Source of the DNA: Clostridia bacterium
Lineage (GTDB): Bacteria > Bacillota > Clostridia > TANB77 > CAG-508
Assembly (NCBI GenBank): GCA_017524665.1
Contig: JAFXVF010000012.1
Location: 32,495-96,494, forward strand
Direction: 5' to 3'
Length of the DNA stretch: 64,000 bases
Positions 1-10,704 of this stretch are shown one piece after another. The number at the start of each line of letters is the position of its first letter. The stretch's first letter is position 1. A program made the translations under genes and the position numbers. The notes under the pieces were generated by a model. The model did no database searches. It saw nothing but the letters and a program-made list of their open reading frames with translations, and had not been told where the DNA came from.

Positions 1-186
1 CTAAACTATATTAACCTTTATTCTCTCTTAAAAGGTATAATACAGCTGTTTTATATATAATTTATCTCTTATTAGTTTCCGAACATTTTTTATAACTAAA
101 TATTACATAAATCTCTTCTTTTACCTTAATATAGGTAACAACTCAAGTTGAATTATACTACATTTACCAGGAAAAGTCAAATTAAT

Positions 187-220
187 AAAAGCCTTGATAA
201 TATAAATCAAGGCTTTTTTT
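187..220. terminator. Intrinsic terminator-like hairpin downstream of the ROK gene
   Basis: aaaagccttgat-N6-atcaaggctttt inverted repeat flanked by A/T tracts. Confidence 0.7.
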
Positions 221-1130
221 TTATTTTTCTATCATGCATGCACCTATAATTCCTGCATCATTTTGCAATTGCGCTGTGAATATTTCTATATCTTTTCTTC
301 CATTAAATGTTGCGTTAGCTTCAAACAATTTATGTTTAAGTGGCTCTATAAATAAGTCTTCATAATACGCAAAGCTTCCACCTATGCAAATAGCTTCAGG
401 CTCGAATAAATCTATTAAATTTGCTATTCCTATTTTTAGATTGTATAAATATCCGTCCAATAGCTTATTCGATAATTCACTGCCATTTCCCAGTATTTGC
501 ATAAGTTCTCTGCTATGTACATCTAAACCTAAATTATATTCTTTTCTAATTTTATCTTTTAAAGATTTCATTGATGCATATCTTTCAAAACATCCAATTT
601 TACCACATGTACATGGTATTCCATCTTTTTCTATTGTCATATGGCCTATTTCAAATGCAGATCCTTTTTTAGGTTTAAGCATTTTTCCGTCCTAGAAAAA
701 CTGCTCCTCCAATTCCTGTCCCTAAATTCATAAAAATGCAATCATCATAATTTTTTAAAGAACCTATACCTTTTTCGGCCATAGCTGCACATTTTCCATC
801 ATTTTCTACATTAACTTGAATGTTAAAATCTTTATATACAGCTTCTTCTAGGTTAAAATGTTCTATGCCTAAGTTTCCAGCTTTTATTATCTCTCCATTG
901 TATACAGTTCCAGGGCATGCGATGCCAATACTCTCTATATTATTAATTAATAAATTTTTAGATACTAGTAATTTTGTAACACTTTCTTTTATCCTTGGAA
1001 CTATTACATTCCCAAGGTTTTGTTTTTCTTCTGCTGTAAAATTTTGCCCCTCTGTTTCTACAATAGAGTAGTCGTCGTTAATTAGTCCAACTGCTATGTG
1101 ACTTCCCCCAAGATCAATTCCTATTTTCAT
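221..1130 (-). CDS. ROK-family sugar kinase (glucokinase-like), about 302 aa, joined by a +1 shift at CGG 687-689
   Basis: 5' part has IGIDLGGS, ENDGKCAA and LGTGIGG; 3' part has EIGHM and CTCGKIGCFE. Junction CTA GGA [C]GGA AAA ATG joins ORFs 675-1130 and 221-682. Confidence 0.9.
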
Positions 1131-1166
1131 TTAGTTTTCCTCCTATTGTTTCATTTTGTTATATGC

Positions 1167-1199
1167 AAAAAAGCGGGTGTTTCCCCCGCTTCTTGTTTT
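1167..1199. terminator. Terminator after the pilus operon
   Basis: aagcggg...cccgctt hairpin with A/T tracts. Confidence 0.6.
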
Positions 1200-2552
1200 T
1201 TAAACTCCTGCCGCCGAGAATAAGAATGTACCCATATATACTTGTATCATTGGTACTAGAACTACTAAAACGAAGAATATTAATACCACACCAACTATAG
1301 AGTACACAATCTGTGGCAATGCCTTCATTATTTTTTGTAATATGTTTTCTATATCAAGTTCCATATATTCTAGCAATTTTTCCATCATTTCTGCTAAGTC
1401 AGTCTGCATTCCTATTTTAAGCATTTCTGTTATCATTGTTGATGACAGTCCTGCTCTTTCAAAAGGTTCTATCCATGACTGTCCTATTAAGATATTGTTT
1501 ATTGATGTTTCTATCATTGAAAGCATAACATAGTTTTTTGTTACACTTTTACTAACTTCAATGGCATCTTGAATTCTCATTCCGTTCTCAATATTTAGCA
1601 ATATTGCTCTTATTAATCTTTCAAAATCTAATGCATATATAAGTTTTCCAAATACAGGCATAGTATATTTAAAATAGTCAAAATTGTATCTTCCTCTTGG
1701 TGTTCTAATGTATGAAACAATCGCTACTGCAGCTCCAGCAATTAAGAAAACTGGAATATACCAATGTGCCATTACTCCATCTAAGAAATCCTTAAACCAT
1801 AGTGTAAGCGCTGGTAATTCTTCTGAAGTTCCTACTGTATCAAATACATTTTGTATTTGTGGTATTGCTAATAATGTACCTAAAATAAGCATTACAAAGA
1901 TTCCGCCAAATTGCAATAAGTTTGGTACTAGTATGCTACGTATTTTTTTGGACATAGCTGTTGCTTCGTCAAGATATGTTATTGCCTGTTGTAGTGATTG
2001 TGTAAGAGATCCAGACATTTCCCCAACTTTAATTATATTTATATAAATATATGGGAAAATAGAAGAATAGTATTCCATTGTTGTATACATGTTTTCACCG
2101 GCTTCAACACCAGCTAATATGTCTTCTAGTACTGCACGAAATGTCAAGTTTTCTGTGCTGTCGATAATTGTTGATAATGCGTGAATATTGTTGAAGTTTG
2201 CTTTTTTCAATAGGTAAAAGTTTTGAGTAAATACCATAACATCTCTCGGTTTAATTCTTTCTCCTCCTGAAAAAATTAAACCAATTTTATCTTTTAGAGT
2301 TATTTTCTTGGTTCCTGATCTTGCTCTAATATCGGCTGCATTAACCTTTTTAAGAACCGAGTCAATATTTTCATTGTTTTTTCCTCTTTTTACCTTGTTC
2401 CTGCCTACACGATTGTTTACCTGTACAACACTGATTGGCATAAGCCCATTTCTCTTTAGCTTTTTTATTAAGCTAAATCTACTAGTATCTTCTACTTTGT
2501 TTTTTACTTCAAGGCCTTTATTTGTAAGAGCTCTGTATGAATATACTGGCAC
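1200..2552 (-). CDS. pilC: Type IV pilus platform protein PilC / T2SS GspF family
   Basis: MPVYSYRA N-terminus, VGEMSGSL motif, three TM segments, position after pilB-pilT; GTG start. Confidence 0.85.
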   Translation of the reverse strand: MPVYSYRALTNKGLEVKNKVEDTSRFSLIKKLKRNGLMPISVVQVNNRVGRNKVKRGKNNENIDSVLKKVNAADIRARSGTKKITLKDKIGLIFSGGERIKPRDVMVFTQNFYLLKKANFNNIHALSTIIDSTENLTFRAVLEDILAGVEAGENMYTTMEYYSSIFPYIYINIIKVGEMSGSLTQSLQQAITYLDEATAMSKKIRSILVPNLLQFGGIFVMLILGTLLAIPQIQNVFDTVGTSEELPALTLWFKDFLDGVMAHWYIPVFLIAGAAVAIVSYIRTPRGRYNFDYFKYTMPVFGKLIYALDFERLIRAILLNIENGMRIQDAIEVSKSVTKNYVMLSMIETSINNILIGQSWIEPFERAGLSSTMITEMLKIGMQTDLAEMMEKLLEYMELDIENILQKIMKALPQIVYSIVGVVLIFFVLVVLVPMIQVYMGTFLFSAAGV

Positions 2553-2571
2553 AGTTTATGCCCTCCTCTCG

Positions 2572-3669
2572 TTATTGTCTTTGTATTTTTAATTGCATTA
2601 TCGTTCTATTAAGTGTTTCAAGGTTTTTCTCTTCAACTTGAGATTTTGCTTGTTCTAATGTTATTTTATTGTCTACAAATAAATTAGCAATCGAGTTTAT
2701 AAGTGTAATATTTCCTTTCTCTATGCTACTCTGCATTCCATCTTGAAGTTCTGAAACACTAAATTTTTCTTTTCTTATGCATCCTGCTATAACGTTATCT
2801 ACAACCATTACCTCAGGTACAAGGACTAATTGGTCATCAACACCTTTCAATAGTCTTTGCGAAATAACTAGTTTTAATAAACTTGAGATTAAGTATTTAA
2901 TAGTCGTTTGGTCACTTATATCATAGAAGTTAATCATTCTATCGATTGTTTCAGCACATGATTTTGTGTGTAATGTTCCTATAACCAAGTGTCCTGATTC
3001 TGCCATTTCTATTGCCGCATCCATTGTTTCTCTATCACGTATCTCTCCTATAACTAGTATATCACAGTCTTCTCTTAGAGAGTTTTTAACGCCATCATGA
3101 TAATTAAGAGAATCTCTTCCCTGTCCAACTTCTTTTTGTACTATAACAGACATTTTACTAACATGTTTAAATTCTATAGGGCTTTCCAGAGTTAGTATTT
3201 TTCTGTTTTGAGTTTCGTTTATTTCATTTATTAAAGCATTTAATGTTGTTGTTTTACCAGAGTTTGTTTTACCAGTAACTAACATTAATCCTTGTGGTTG
3301 AAATGTCATTCTTCTAACTACTTCAGGTACTCCTAAGTCACTAAACTTTGGTAATGTATTTTTTATTATTCTTAGCGTAAATACTGGTATTTCATCAGAG
3401 AATGAAATATTTACTCTTAGCCTTACATCTTCGAAATCTATAGAACAGTCTAGTTTTCTTGTTTTACGAAATATTTCGTCTTTGTCTACATTTCCTCTTA
3501 CAATATAGTCATATATTTCCCACATATCATCTTCTGTTAGCTCTTTTGATTCATCCATTGCTATTAAAGCTCTTGAAATTCTTAGCATTGGTTTAAGCCC
3601 ACATATAAGGTGAATATCAGATGCGTCCTTTTCTTTAGCTGTTTTTAATACTTTTTCAATTGCTATCAT
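2572..3669 (-). CDS. pilT: PilT/PilU-family retraction ATPase
   Basis: ASDIHL, Walker A GKTNSGKTT, VIGEIRD, AESGHLVIGTLHT; GGAGGT RBS before ATG 3669. Confidence 0.85.
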   Translation of the reverse strand: MIAIEKVLKTAKEKDASDIHLICGLKPMLRISRALIAMDESKELTEDDMWEIYDYIVRGNVDKDEIFRKTRKLDCSIDFEDVRLRVNISFSDEIPVFTLRIIKNTLPKFSDLGVPEVVRRMTFQPQGLMLVTGKTNSGKTTTLNALINEINETQNRKILTLESPIEFKHVSKMSVIVQKEVGQGRDSLNYHDGVKNSLREDCDILVIGEIRDRETMDAAIEMAESGHLVIGTLHTKSCAETIDRMINFYDISDQTTIKYLISSLLKLVISQRLLKGVDDQLVLVPEVMVVDNVIAGCIRKEKFSVSELQDGMQSSIEKGNITLINSIANLFVDNKITLEQAKSQVEEKNLETLNRTIMQLKIQRQ

Positions 3670-3693
3670 TAGTTTACCTCCCAAAATTTAGGT

Positions 3694-5325
3694 TTAATAT
3701 ATTAATAATTTTTTGTTTATTTCAGCAAGGTTTGTTGTTCCATTTATAACTTTACCTAAACCATCGATTACTAACGGTCTATAACCATGTTTTAAGGCTT
3801 CATTTCTAACTTCAATACTTGATGCATCATTTACAATTAATTGTTTTAGTTCGTCTCCAATTGTTAGTATTTCAAATATACCTATTCTATCATAGTATCC
3901 TATCTGGTTACATTCCTTGCATCCAACAGCATCAAATGTTTTTCCACTCGTATCAAATTCTACTCCATATTTTTTCCCTATTGTTTCTATTATTCTTTTT
4001 TCATCATCTGTATAATTTCTTTCTTTCTTGCAGTGTTCACAAAGCTTTCTAACAAGTCTTTGTGAAATAGTTGATGCTACCGTACTTGCTATATCATAAT
4101 TTGAAATGCCTAATTTACGAAGTCTTGTGATAACCTCTATGGCATCTATTGTGTGTATTGTTGATAATACGTAGTGTCCTGTTTGTCCGGATTGCATAGC
4201 AATTTCTGCAGTTTCCAGGTCACGAATTTCTCCAACAAGTATAATATCTGGATCCTGTCTTAAAACAGTACGTAATGATCCAGAGAATGATGTCTTAGCG
4301 TCGATTTCTATCTGGTTTAATCCAGGAATACGAATTTCAACTGGGTCTTCAATTGTAGTAATGTTTATGTTTGGACTATTTAAAAAGTCTATAACACTAT
4401 ACAAGGTTGTAGTTTTACCTTCTCCAGTTGGAGCAGCTATAATAGAAATACTGTTTCTCTTATTAAAGCATTTATTAACTAGGGCATCATCTTCTGGGAA
4501 TCCTAATTCAAATATTCTTTTTATTCCAGCATTTTTCTTTAATAAACGTAGAACAAACTTTTCTCCAAATATGTTTTTCTGTGAAGAAACACGTATGTTA
4601 TAGTCAGGGTATAGAAGAATTCTACCATCTTGTGATTCCTGTTTTTCTTGGTGCATATTTGATATTGCTTTTAATCTTCCTATTATTTGCAATTGTTTGT
4701 CTTTTTCTATATTGGCAACAGTTAAAAGTTCACCATCTATACGATAACGAACTCTTACCTCATTTTCTAGAGGTTCGATGTGAATATCACTTGCTCTTTT
4801 TTCCATTCCTGTCTTTATAATACTATCAACAAGTGTTGTAACGTCTCTGCTTATTGAAATGTTCTCCGATGCTTGTCCTTCAAAGCTTTCAAGTATTTCA
4901 TCTATATTACTTTCAAATGTAATATAGCGTTCCATAACTAGTCCTCTGTTTAATAATAAGAGTCTAACCGTATCCATTATTCTTTTATTTGTTGTATCTG
5001 CAAAGCAAACTTTAACTTTACCATTTGAAATTTCAAATGGTATTGCTTTATTTTGTTTTGCAACATCTATGGAGATATAATCTGTTACGTTAATGTTTAT
5101 GTCTCCATACCTGAGAATCATACTTTTTTCGCCCATTATTTCGCCAATCGCTTGTATAAGAGCGTTTTGATCACCCAAATCAAGGATGTGTAATATGTCA
5201 CCTATTTTTTTGTTTGGACTATTTTTTTTGTATTCCATTGCACGTTCAATGTCTTCTTGGGTAACTATTCCTCTTCTAACAAGCTCAATACCCATAGGGG
5301 TTTTTTTCTTTACATCAGCTGCCAT
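3694..5325 (-). CDS. pilB: PilB/GspE-family assembly ATPase
   Basis: RASDIHIEP, APTGEGKTTT, TIEDPVE, LRQDPDIILVGEIRD, CxxC...CxxC zinc site. Confidence 0.92.
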   Translation of the reverse strand: MAADVKKKTPMGIELVRRGIVTQEDIERAMEYKKNSPNKKIGDILHILDLGDQNALIQAIGEIMGEKSMILRYGDININVTDYISIDVAKQNKAIPFEISNGKVKVCFADTTNKRIMDTVRLLLLNRGLVMERYITFESNIDEILESFEGQASENISISRDVTTLVDSIIKTGMEKRASDIHIEPLENEVRVRYRIDGELLTVANIEKDKQLQIIGRLKAISNMHQEKQESQDGRILLYPDYNIRVSSQKNIFGEKFVLRLLKKNAGIKRIFELGFPEDDALVNKCFNKRNSISIIAAPTGEGKTTTLYSVIDFLNSPNINITTIEDPVEIRIPGLNQIEIDAKTSFSGSLRTVLRQDPDIILVGEIRDLETAEIAMQSGQTGHYVLSTIHTIDAIEVITRLRKLGISNYDIASTVASTISQRLVRKLCEHCKKERNYTDDEKRIIETIGKKYGVEFDTSGKTFDAVGCKECNQIGYYDRIGIFEILTIGDELKQLIVNDASSIEVRNEALKHGYRPLVIDGLGKVINGTTNLAEINKKLLIY

Positions 5326-5424
5326 ATAAGTATTTCTCCTTTCTTTTGTATGTTTCTTTATATTATTATTCCTTATTGTTAATGCTTTATATTCGTTTTT
5401 ACTTAATTACATAAATTTTACATT

Positions 5425-6420
5425 TTACTTATATTTAACAACAAGTCTTCCATTTGTTAGTCCGCTCCAGCTTGATGTTCCAGGCCCATATGAGCTTGTT
5501 GCTAAATTTGTTACAGTTGTCCCTTCTGCATTAGTCATTGCATTTACAGTTGCACCTTCTATGCTACTTGCTTCTGATGAATTAGCATCAGCTTTGCTTA
5601 TCCAAAAACCAGAATACTCTCCAAAGCAACTATTTATAGAATACGTATTATTTATATTCTCTAAGTAGCCATTACTATCAACTGTTTTTTCTGTTGTACT
5701 ATATGAAAATTTCACATCCGTTGTCGAGCTATTATATGCATATTTTGGTATCCAAGCAAAAAGTACACCTTGTTCTATTACTCTTTTTCCTGTCATTTGG
5801 CTTTTATTAGAATCAGTTATAGTATCATATCCTTCAATTTCTAATCCATCCAAAGCCATTGCATATGCCCAGGTTTTATTTTCATAGTTATACCATGTTG
5901 TATCTTCTTCTGTTGTTATTTGCCAGTATCCTGTTTCGCTTATATAATCGGTTATTACGTATTTAACGGGTACCATGCCACTTGGCACTTTAGGTTTATT
6001 TGGTATAATTAATATTTCTTTTGATTTAGTTCTATTTATCGTTATTGATTTTGTGTTATTTCCTAATTTATAGCTAACAGATATTTGTATATTTCTTATA
6101 AGGTCTTTTCCTCCACTATTTGCATTTCCTATATTAACTTGTGCTGTATACCCACTTGTTAAATTTGCTGCACTTATTGCTGCATCTATAGCACTAGTAT
6201 CGTTAGGATCTATTAAATATTGGTAATACGTTTTATCAAGATTCTCTGCAATAGCGGTAGCATAAGCTGTTGCTGCAGCACTTCTGCTTGCATCTGTGTA
6301 TTGTGTATATATGTTTACAAATATTGTTGAAATTAAAAATGTAAAAATTGACAATATTACAATTGCTACAGCTAAATCAATTCCAGTATATCCTTTTTGT
6401 GACTGTAAAAAATCTTTCAT
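5425..6420 (-). CDS. Large minor-pilin-like protein
   Basis: Class III signal-like QKG|YTGIDLAVAIVIL plus hydrophobic helix; AGGAGG RBS before ATG 6420. Confidence 0.7.
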   Translation of the reverse strand: MKDFLQSQKGYTGIDLAVAIVILSIFTFLISTIFVNIYTQYTDASRSAAATAYATAIAENLDKTYYQYLIDPNDTSAIDAAISAANLTSGYTAQVNIGNANSGGKDLIRNIQISVSYKLGNNTKSITINRTKSKEILIIPNKPKVPSGMVPVKYVITDYISETGYWQITTEEDTTWYNYENKTWAYAMALDGLEIEGYDTITDSNKSQMTGKRVIEQGVLFAWIPKYAYNSSTTDVKFSYSTTEKTVDSNGYLENINNTYSINSCFGEYSGFWISKADANSSEASSIEGATVNAMTNAEGTTVTNLATSSYGPGTSSWSGLTNGRLVVKYK

Positions 6421-6431
6421 ATTTGCCTCCT

Positions 6432-7070
6432 TCACATCACAAAATTTGCTGCTATCACAGCTACTAAATTACAAATGCATATATAAAAACCAATCGCTTT
6501 TTTTCTTTGTTTTTTTGAGATATTATCACATATATTTATGCAAAAATATGCAAACATGAAAAATAAATATATAGCATATCTATCTATATTAGCATTTCCT
6601 ACTATGGATAGATATAATATATATATAAATACCAAAACTGCTCCAAAGAGCAATACAGACCTTTGTATATATTTCTTTTCTTTGTCAATTCCTGCAATTA
6701 TCATTATTGATGTAATATACATCATTCCGAAGAAAAAGCCTATTATTTTATCTAATGACATTTCTTTAATGTTCATGTTAAGTGATAATGCATAAAGTAA
6801 TAATAATGTACCTGATGCAATTTCTAGAATTAGATATCGAATTCTTATCTTTTGCCCACAATATCTGCATTTTCCTCTTAAAAAAATGTAACTCAATACT
6901 GGTATTAGGTCTAAAAATCCGAGCTTATGGTTGCAATTAGGGCAAAAAGATCTTTCATGTGTAATGTCTTTTCCAATAGGAATACGATACACTGCCAGCG
7001 TACAAAAACTTCCATTTAGACAGCCCATTATAAAAATGATTGTATATATTACATATAAATAAGTATCCAT
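6432..7070 (-). CDS. pilD: Prepilin peptidase (A24 N-domain)
   Basis: GSFCTLAVYRIP, RSFCPNCNHKL, DLIPVLSY, GKCRYCG; multiple TM segments. Confidence 0.85.
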   Translation of the reverse strand: MDTYLYVIYTIIFIMGCLNGSFCTLAVYRIPIGKDITHERSFCPNCNHKLGFLDLIPVLSYIFLRGKCRYCGQKIRIRYLILEIASGTLLLLYALSLNMNIKEMSLDKIIGFFFGMMYITSIMIIAGIDKEKKYIQRSVLLFGAVLVFIYILYLSIVGNANIDRYAIYLFFMFAYFCINICDNISKKQRKKAIGFYICICNLVAVIAANFVM

Positions 7071-7157
7071 TTTAAGCTTTCCTGTTAATTTAAAATTTAA
7101 GGCATATACATAAGGTCATCATGCATATGCCTAAAAAATAACTGTATTTTGTGTAAA

Positions 7158-7385
7158 CTAGTTACCATATTGGTTCCAATATGTGTTAAGAGCAGTAACT
7201 GTTGTGTTTAATTCATTGTTTTGTTGATTAACTTTGTTGTTATATTTTGTAACTGCTGTATTTGATTTTGTGAAAATTCCATCTCCTCCAATTGCTAGTG
7301 TTACAGCTGTTCCAGCTAGTATTAATAACACAATAACTGTGATTACTAAAGCTACTAGTGTAATACCTTTTTGTTCTTTTAACAT
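7158..7385 (-). CDS. Short type IV pilin (75 aa), candidate major pilin
   Basis: MLKEQKG|ITLVALVITVIVLLILAG; AAGGAGG RBS before ATG 7385. Confidence 0.8.
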   Translation of the reverse strand: MLKEQKGITLVALVITVIVLLILAGTAVTLAIGGDGIFTKSNTAVTKYNNKVNQQNNELNTTVTALNTYWNQYGN

Positions 7386-7444
7386 AAGTTTTTCCTCCTT
7401 AAAAATTTTTTTGTATATATTTAATAAAATAAATATAACCATTG

Positions 7445-7840
7445 TTATTTTGTATCTGTACTTGGATAGTACGTTTGCGTATTTGTACGTGTTGAATTTG
7501 TTGTACCTGTTCCTGTTGTTCCATTTATTATTGCATTGCTTTCTGTTACAACATTATATGGTTGAAATGGATTTGGATTCCCAGGCTGATATGTTGTTGC
7601 TCTTTCATATTCCCTTAAATCAGAAGCAGAAACCATATAGGTGATTGGTTGTGTTTTGATTTCCTCAACCTCTGTTTCACTGTTTAGTTCTGTTTTTACT
7701 TCTTCAGGAACTGTATAAGCTACTTTTTCTGGAATTGTTTTGCTAAGTGGTATAAAGTCATAAAATGCAACTCCAAATACTAAAGCTATAGCAATACATA
7801 ATAAAATAAATATAAAAATTTCTTTTATTGCATTTACCAT
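7445..7840 (-). CDS. Membrane-anchored hypothetical protein in the pilus operon (possibly PilP-like)
   Basis: N-terminal TM segment, GNPNPF motif, RBS, operon position. Confidence 0.6.
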   Translation of the reverse strand: MVNAIKEIFIFILLCIAIALVFGVAFYDFIPLSKTIPEKVAYTVPEEVKTELNSETEVEEIKTQPITYMVSASDLREYERATTYQPGNPNPFQPYNVVTESNAIINGTTGTGTTNSTRTNTQTYYPSTDTK

Positions 7841-7863
7841 GTGTAAACCTCCGCTTTATTCAA

Positions 7864-8526
7864 TTAATTGTTATTTGTCCTCTTGCTAGTAGGCTTTTCG
7901 GTGTCATCATCTTCTAATGTTGATGAAGTATTTGTTATGCTATTGTCAATGTCTAATCTAATTTGTGATACTGTGAATGTAGCCGTTAATATTTCGGTAC
8001 TATCCCCTGGCACAATTTTAAATCTTTCTATTACAAAATTAAGTTCATTGTCATTTTCTATTGATCTTATAAATTCCGCAATATACACAAATTTGCCTTT
8101 AACTGTAAAGTTTATATCATATACCCCTGTTGCAGAAGTTGGATTTGCGTCTATTTTTAAATCTAGTCCATATTTGTTCTCAGCATAATTTCCAATGTGG
8201 GAAAACAAATAGTCAACTTGATATGTCTTTATTTCTGTTGCTCTTTTTACTTCTTCTTCACTTGAATATGCAACTTTATCTTGGTATTCTTCTTTTTTGT
8301 TTGAAAGCTTCTTTGATGCTAAAGACAAATCGCTTTTAGCAGTTTCAAATTTTGCACCTGTTAGCATTGATGCTTCATTAATTTTTTCATCTAGTTCGTT
8401 ATTCTTGTCTGATAATTCATAGTAACCAAGTACATCAATAAAGCTAACATGCATACCATTAAGAACAACAGTAACTGCTAGAGATATTAATAATATTATT
8501 AAAATTGCAATTAGTATTTTTCTCAT
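7864..8526 (-). CDS. PilO-like alignment protein
   Basis: N-terminal TM segment, coiled coil, FTVKGKF..IAEFIRSIE ferredoxin-like segment; follows pilM/N. Confidence 0.6.
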   Translation of the reverse strand: MRKILIAILIILLISLAVTVVLNGMHVSFIDVLGYYELSDKNNELDEKINEASMLTGAKFETAKSDLSLASKKLSNKKEEYQDKVAYSSEEEVKRATEIKTYQVDYLFSHIGNYAENKYGLDLKIDANPTSATGVYDINFTVKGKFVYIAEFIRSIENDNELNFVIERFKIVPGDSTEILTATFTVSQIRLDIDNSITNTSSTLEDDDTEKPTSKRTNNN

Positions 8527-10172
8527 GGCATGTCTCCTTCTATAGTAAGTCTAACTATATCGTCTTGCTTTGTTCCACTGTTAGTTTTTGTGTTAACTAA
8601 TATGCCATTTGCATTAATTGCAGAAAGGAAATATCCTAATGCATCATAAGTTTTTGATTGTGCTCCAATTACTATGTGCTTACCTTCTGTATTCTCAATT
8701 GATGTAACCTGAACATTTTTTGGAACATAGACCATTATTCTGCTCATTAAATTTGGTATAGCATTTTTTACGCTATTTTCATCTGCAATTTTTTGATTAA
8801 CAGCTTCTAGATTGCTTATAAGTGTACTATATTCTGCTACCTTATCATTTATTTTTTGAGTATCAGAATTAATTTGTTGAATCTTTGCTTGCGTGTCCTG
8901 TATAATGGCTTCTGCCTCCTCTGTCTTGTTACTTATCATATTATTGAGCACTATCGAAATAACTATAAATGCAACAATAATTATAAAAACTCCTCCTGCA
9001 AGTCTTAACTGCATTACTTCAGTGCCATCAAGTTTACCATTTAGTTTAAAGTCAATATTAATATTTGGAATGCTTGGCTTTTTTGAGTCTGATGCTGATG
9101 ATGGTTTTCCTTTGTTTTTGCCACCTATCTCCATGCTTCCTAGTTGTTTTAGTTTTTCAAAAGTGTTTTCAGACTTAAAGTTTATATCTTTTAGTCCTTC
9201 ACCTATTCCCTGTAATCCCAATGCTATTGCTGAGTTTACTTCAATATAGTCTTTTATATTTGTCATGTTCGTTGAAACATTCTTCATAAAGTACGGTCTA
9301 AGCAACTCGCATTTTATACTTGGCATATTTTCTTGAAAATATAAGTCTACATTGTTTATTAATGCACCTGTACCTGTAATATACATTTTTTCTATATTAC
9401 TAATATTTTTGCTTATAAAATCTTTTGCTTCTGAAATAATATCATAAAGTGTAGGCATAATATCTTGTAAGTATGTGTCATCCTGTTCTTGTAAATCTCT
9501 GCCTTCTGATGTATAAATTGTTGTATTTTTTAATATATCATAAACTTTTGCATATGAATTTTCTTTGCTATTTATTTTGTGGAAAATGTCGCTCATTCCG
9601 CTAATTAAAGGTTCAACTTTATTTACTTGTCCATTTATAATTGTCGTTAAAGTTACCTTTTCTTCCAAGTTAAGTATAACACTATTTTCCTTAACACCAA
9701 TTTCAACATTGTTTGCAATAGCTACAGGCAATGGCACTATAGTTTTTAAAGTGTTTTTTTGAAACTCTTGATTAAGTTTGTTAATTTCTGCCTTGCTACA
9801 TGAAACGTGTAATGCTTTAACAATTTCTCTATTTTCTGGGCTGTTTACAAGTATATATCGTCCTTCCATTGAACCTTTTGTATAGCCTTTTTCTTCGCAT
9901 AAAAGTTCAAACTCAATAGCAATAGCTTTTCCCATGTCTTTTTCGCTTAGGAGATTTGCCATATCAAAGTAGTTATATTGCTCGTCATTAATATTTACGC
10001 TTATAGGTACACGGAAGCTATATGTTTCATTGATTATTTGATCTATTGCTTCTGTTAAATTGTCATAGAATTTAACACCAAATGCTTCTACTTTGACAGT
10101 GTCACGCTCTTTGGCAATTTTGGCATATTTAATTAAATTACTTTCAATATAAATTCCTAGACAGCTTGACAT
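8523..10172 (-). CDS. pilM: PilM-like actin-fold protein fused to a PilN-like TM/coiled-coil domain
   Basis: LGIYIESNLIK, YITGTGA and AIALGL actin-like motifs, then TM, coiled coil and VPKNVQVTSI. Confidence 0.75.
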   Translation of the reverse strand: MSSCLGIYIESNLIKYAKIAKERDTVKVEAFGVKFYDNLTEAIDQIINETYSFRVPISVNINDEQYNYFDMANLLSEKDMGKAIAIEFELLCEEKGYTKGSMEGRYILVNSPENREIVKALHVSCSKAEINKLNQEFQKNTLKTIVPLPVAIANNVEIGVKENSVILNLEEKVTLTTIINGQVNKVEPLISGMSDIFHKINSKENSYAKVYDILKNTTIYTSEGRDLQEQDDTYLQDIMPTLYDIISEAKDFISKNISNIEKMYITGTGALINNVDLYFQENMPSIKCELLRPYFMKNVSTNMTNIKDYIEVNSAIALGLQGIGEGLKDINFKSENTFEKLKQLGSMEIGGKNKGKPSSASDSKKPSIPNINIDFKLNGKLDGTEVMQLRLAGGVFIIIVAFIVISIVLNNMISNKTEEAEAIIQDTQAKIQQINSDTQKINDKVAEYSTLISNLEAVNQKIADENSVKNAIPNLMSRIMVYVPKNVQVTSIENTEGKHIVIGAQSKTYDALGYFLSAINANGILVNTKTNSGTKQDDIVRLTIEGDMP

Positions 10173-10478
10173 GCCCTTTCTCCTTCGCCAGGTTTTCCAT
10201 CGTTTTTATTTATTTTTTGCATTCTCTTTATATAAATACGCTGAAAATTTTTCTTATTTTCTAAATAGCTATAAAAAAAGTTATAAAATCGACTTAATTC
10301 ATGTATTTATTTTATATTTTTGTACTTAAAAGTCAATATTTTTAACATACTTGTAATCTAAATGTAATATTAATGTAATAATTGCTTATGACGAACTTAT
10401 CGTTATTTTTTTCTTATGCATAATTTTAGTCAAACTGGAAAATATAATATCAAAATTTTATTTTGGGAGTTGATTATT

Positions 10479-10691
10479 TTGTCTACAGAAAAACACTTAC
10501 ATTTAACAGGTTCTTCCGAAGTTTCATGGAAAGATGCTATTACTCAAACAATAAGTGAAGCTTCAAAATCAATTGATTATCTATCATGCGTAACAATTTT
10601 AAATCAAAGTGCAAAAATAAGTGGTAAGAAAATTGTAGAGTATTTAGTTGATTTAGATTTATGTTTCACTATAGATCATGATAGAGAATAG
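10479..10691 (+). CDS. Dodecin-family small protein
   Basis: LTGSSEVSWKDAI...EASKSI pattern; GGGAG RBS before TTG; upstream of spoVA. Confidence 0.7.
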   Translation: MSTEKHLHLTGSSEVSWKDAITQTISEASKSIDYLSCVTILNQSAKISGKKIVEYLVDLDLCFTIDHDRE

Positions 10692-10704
10692 AAAGGAAAA
10701 CTAT

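Noticed and set aside
10418-10446. Forespore sigma-F/G promoter (GCATA...GGAAAATATA) before dodecin-spoVA
   Set aside because: Plausible from context, but the spacing is one base short of consensus and cannot be supported firmly.
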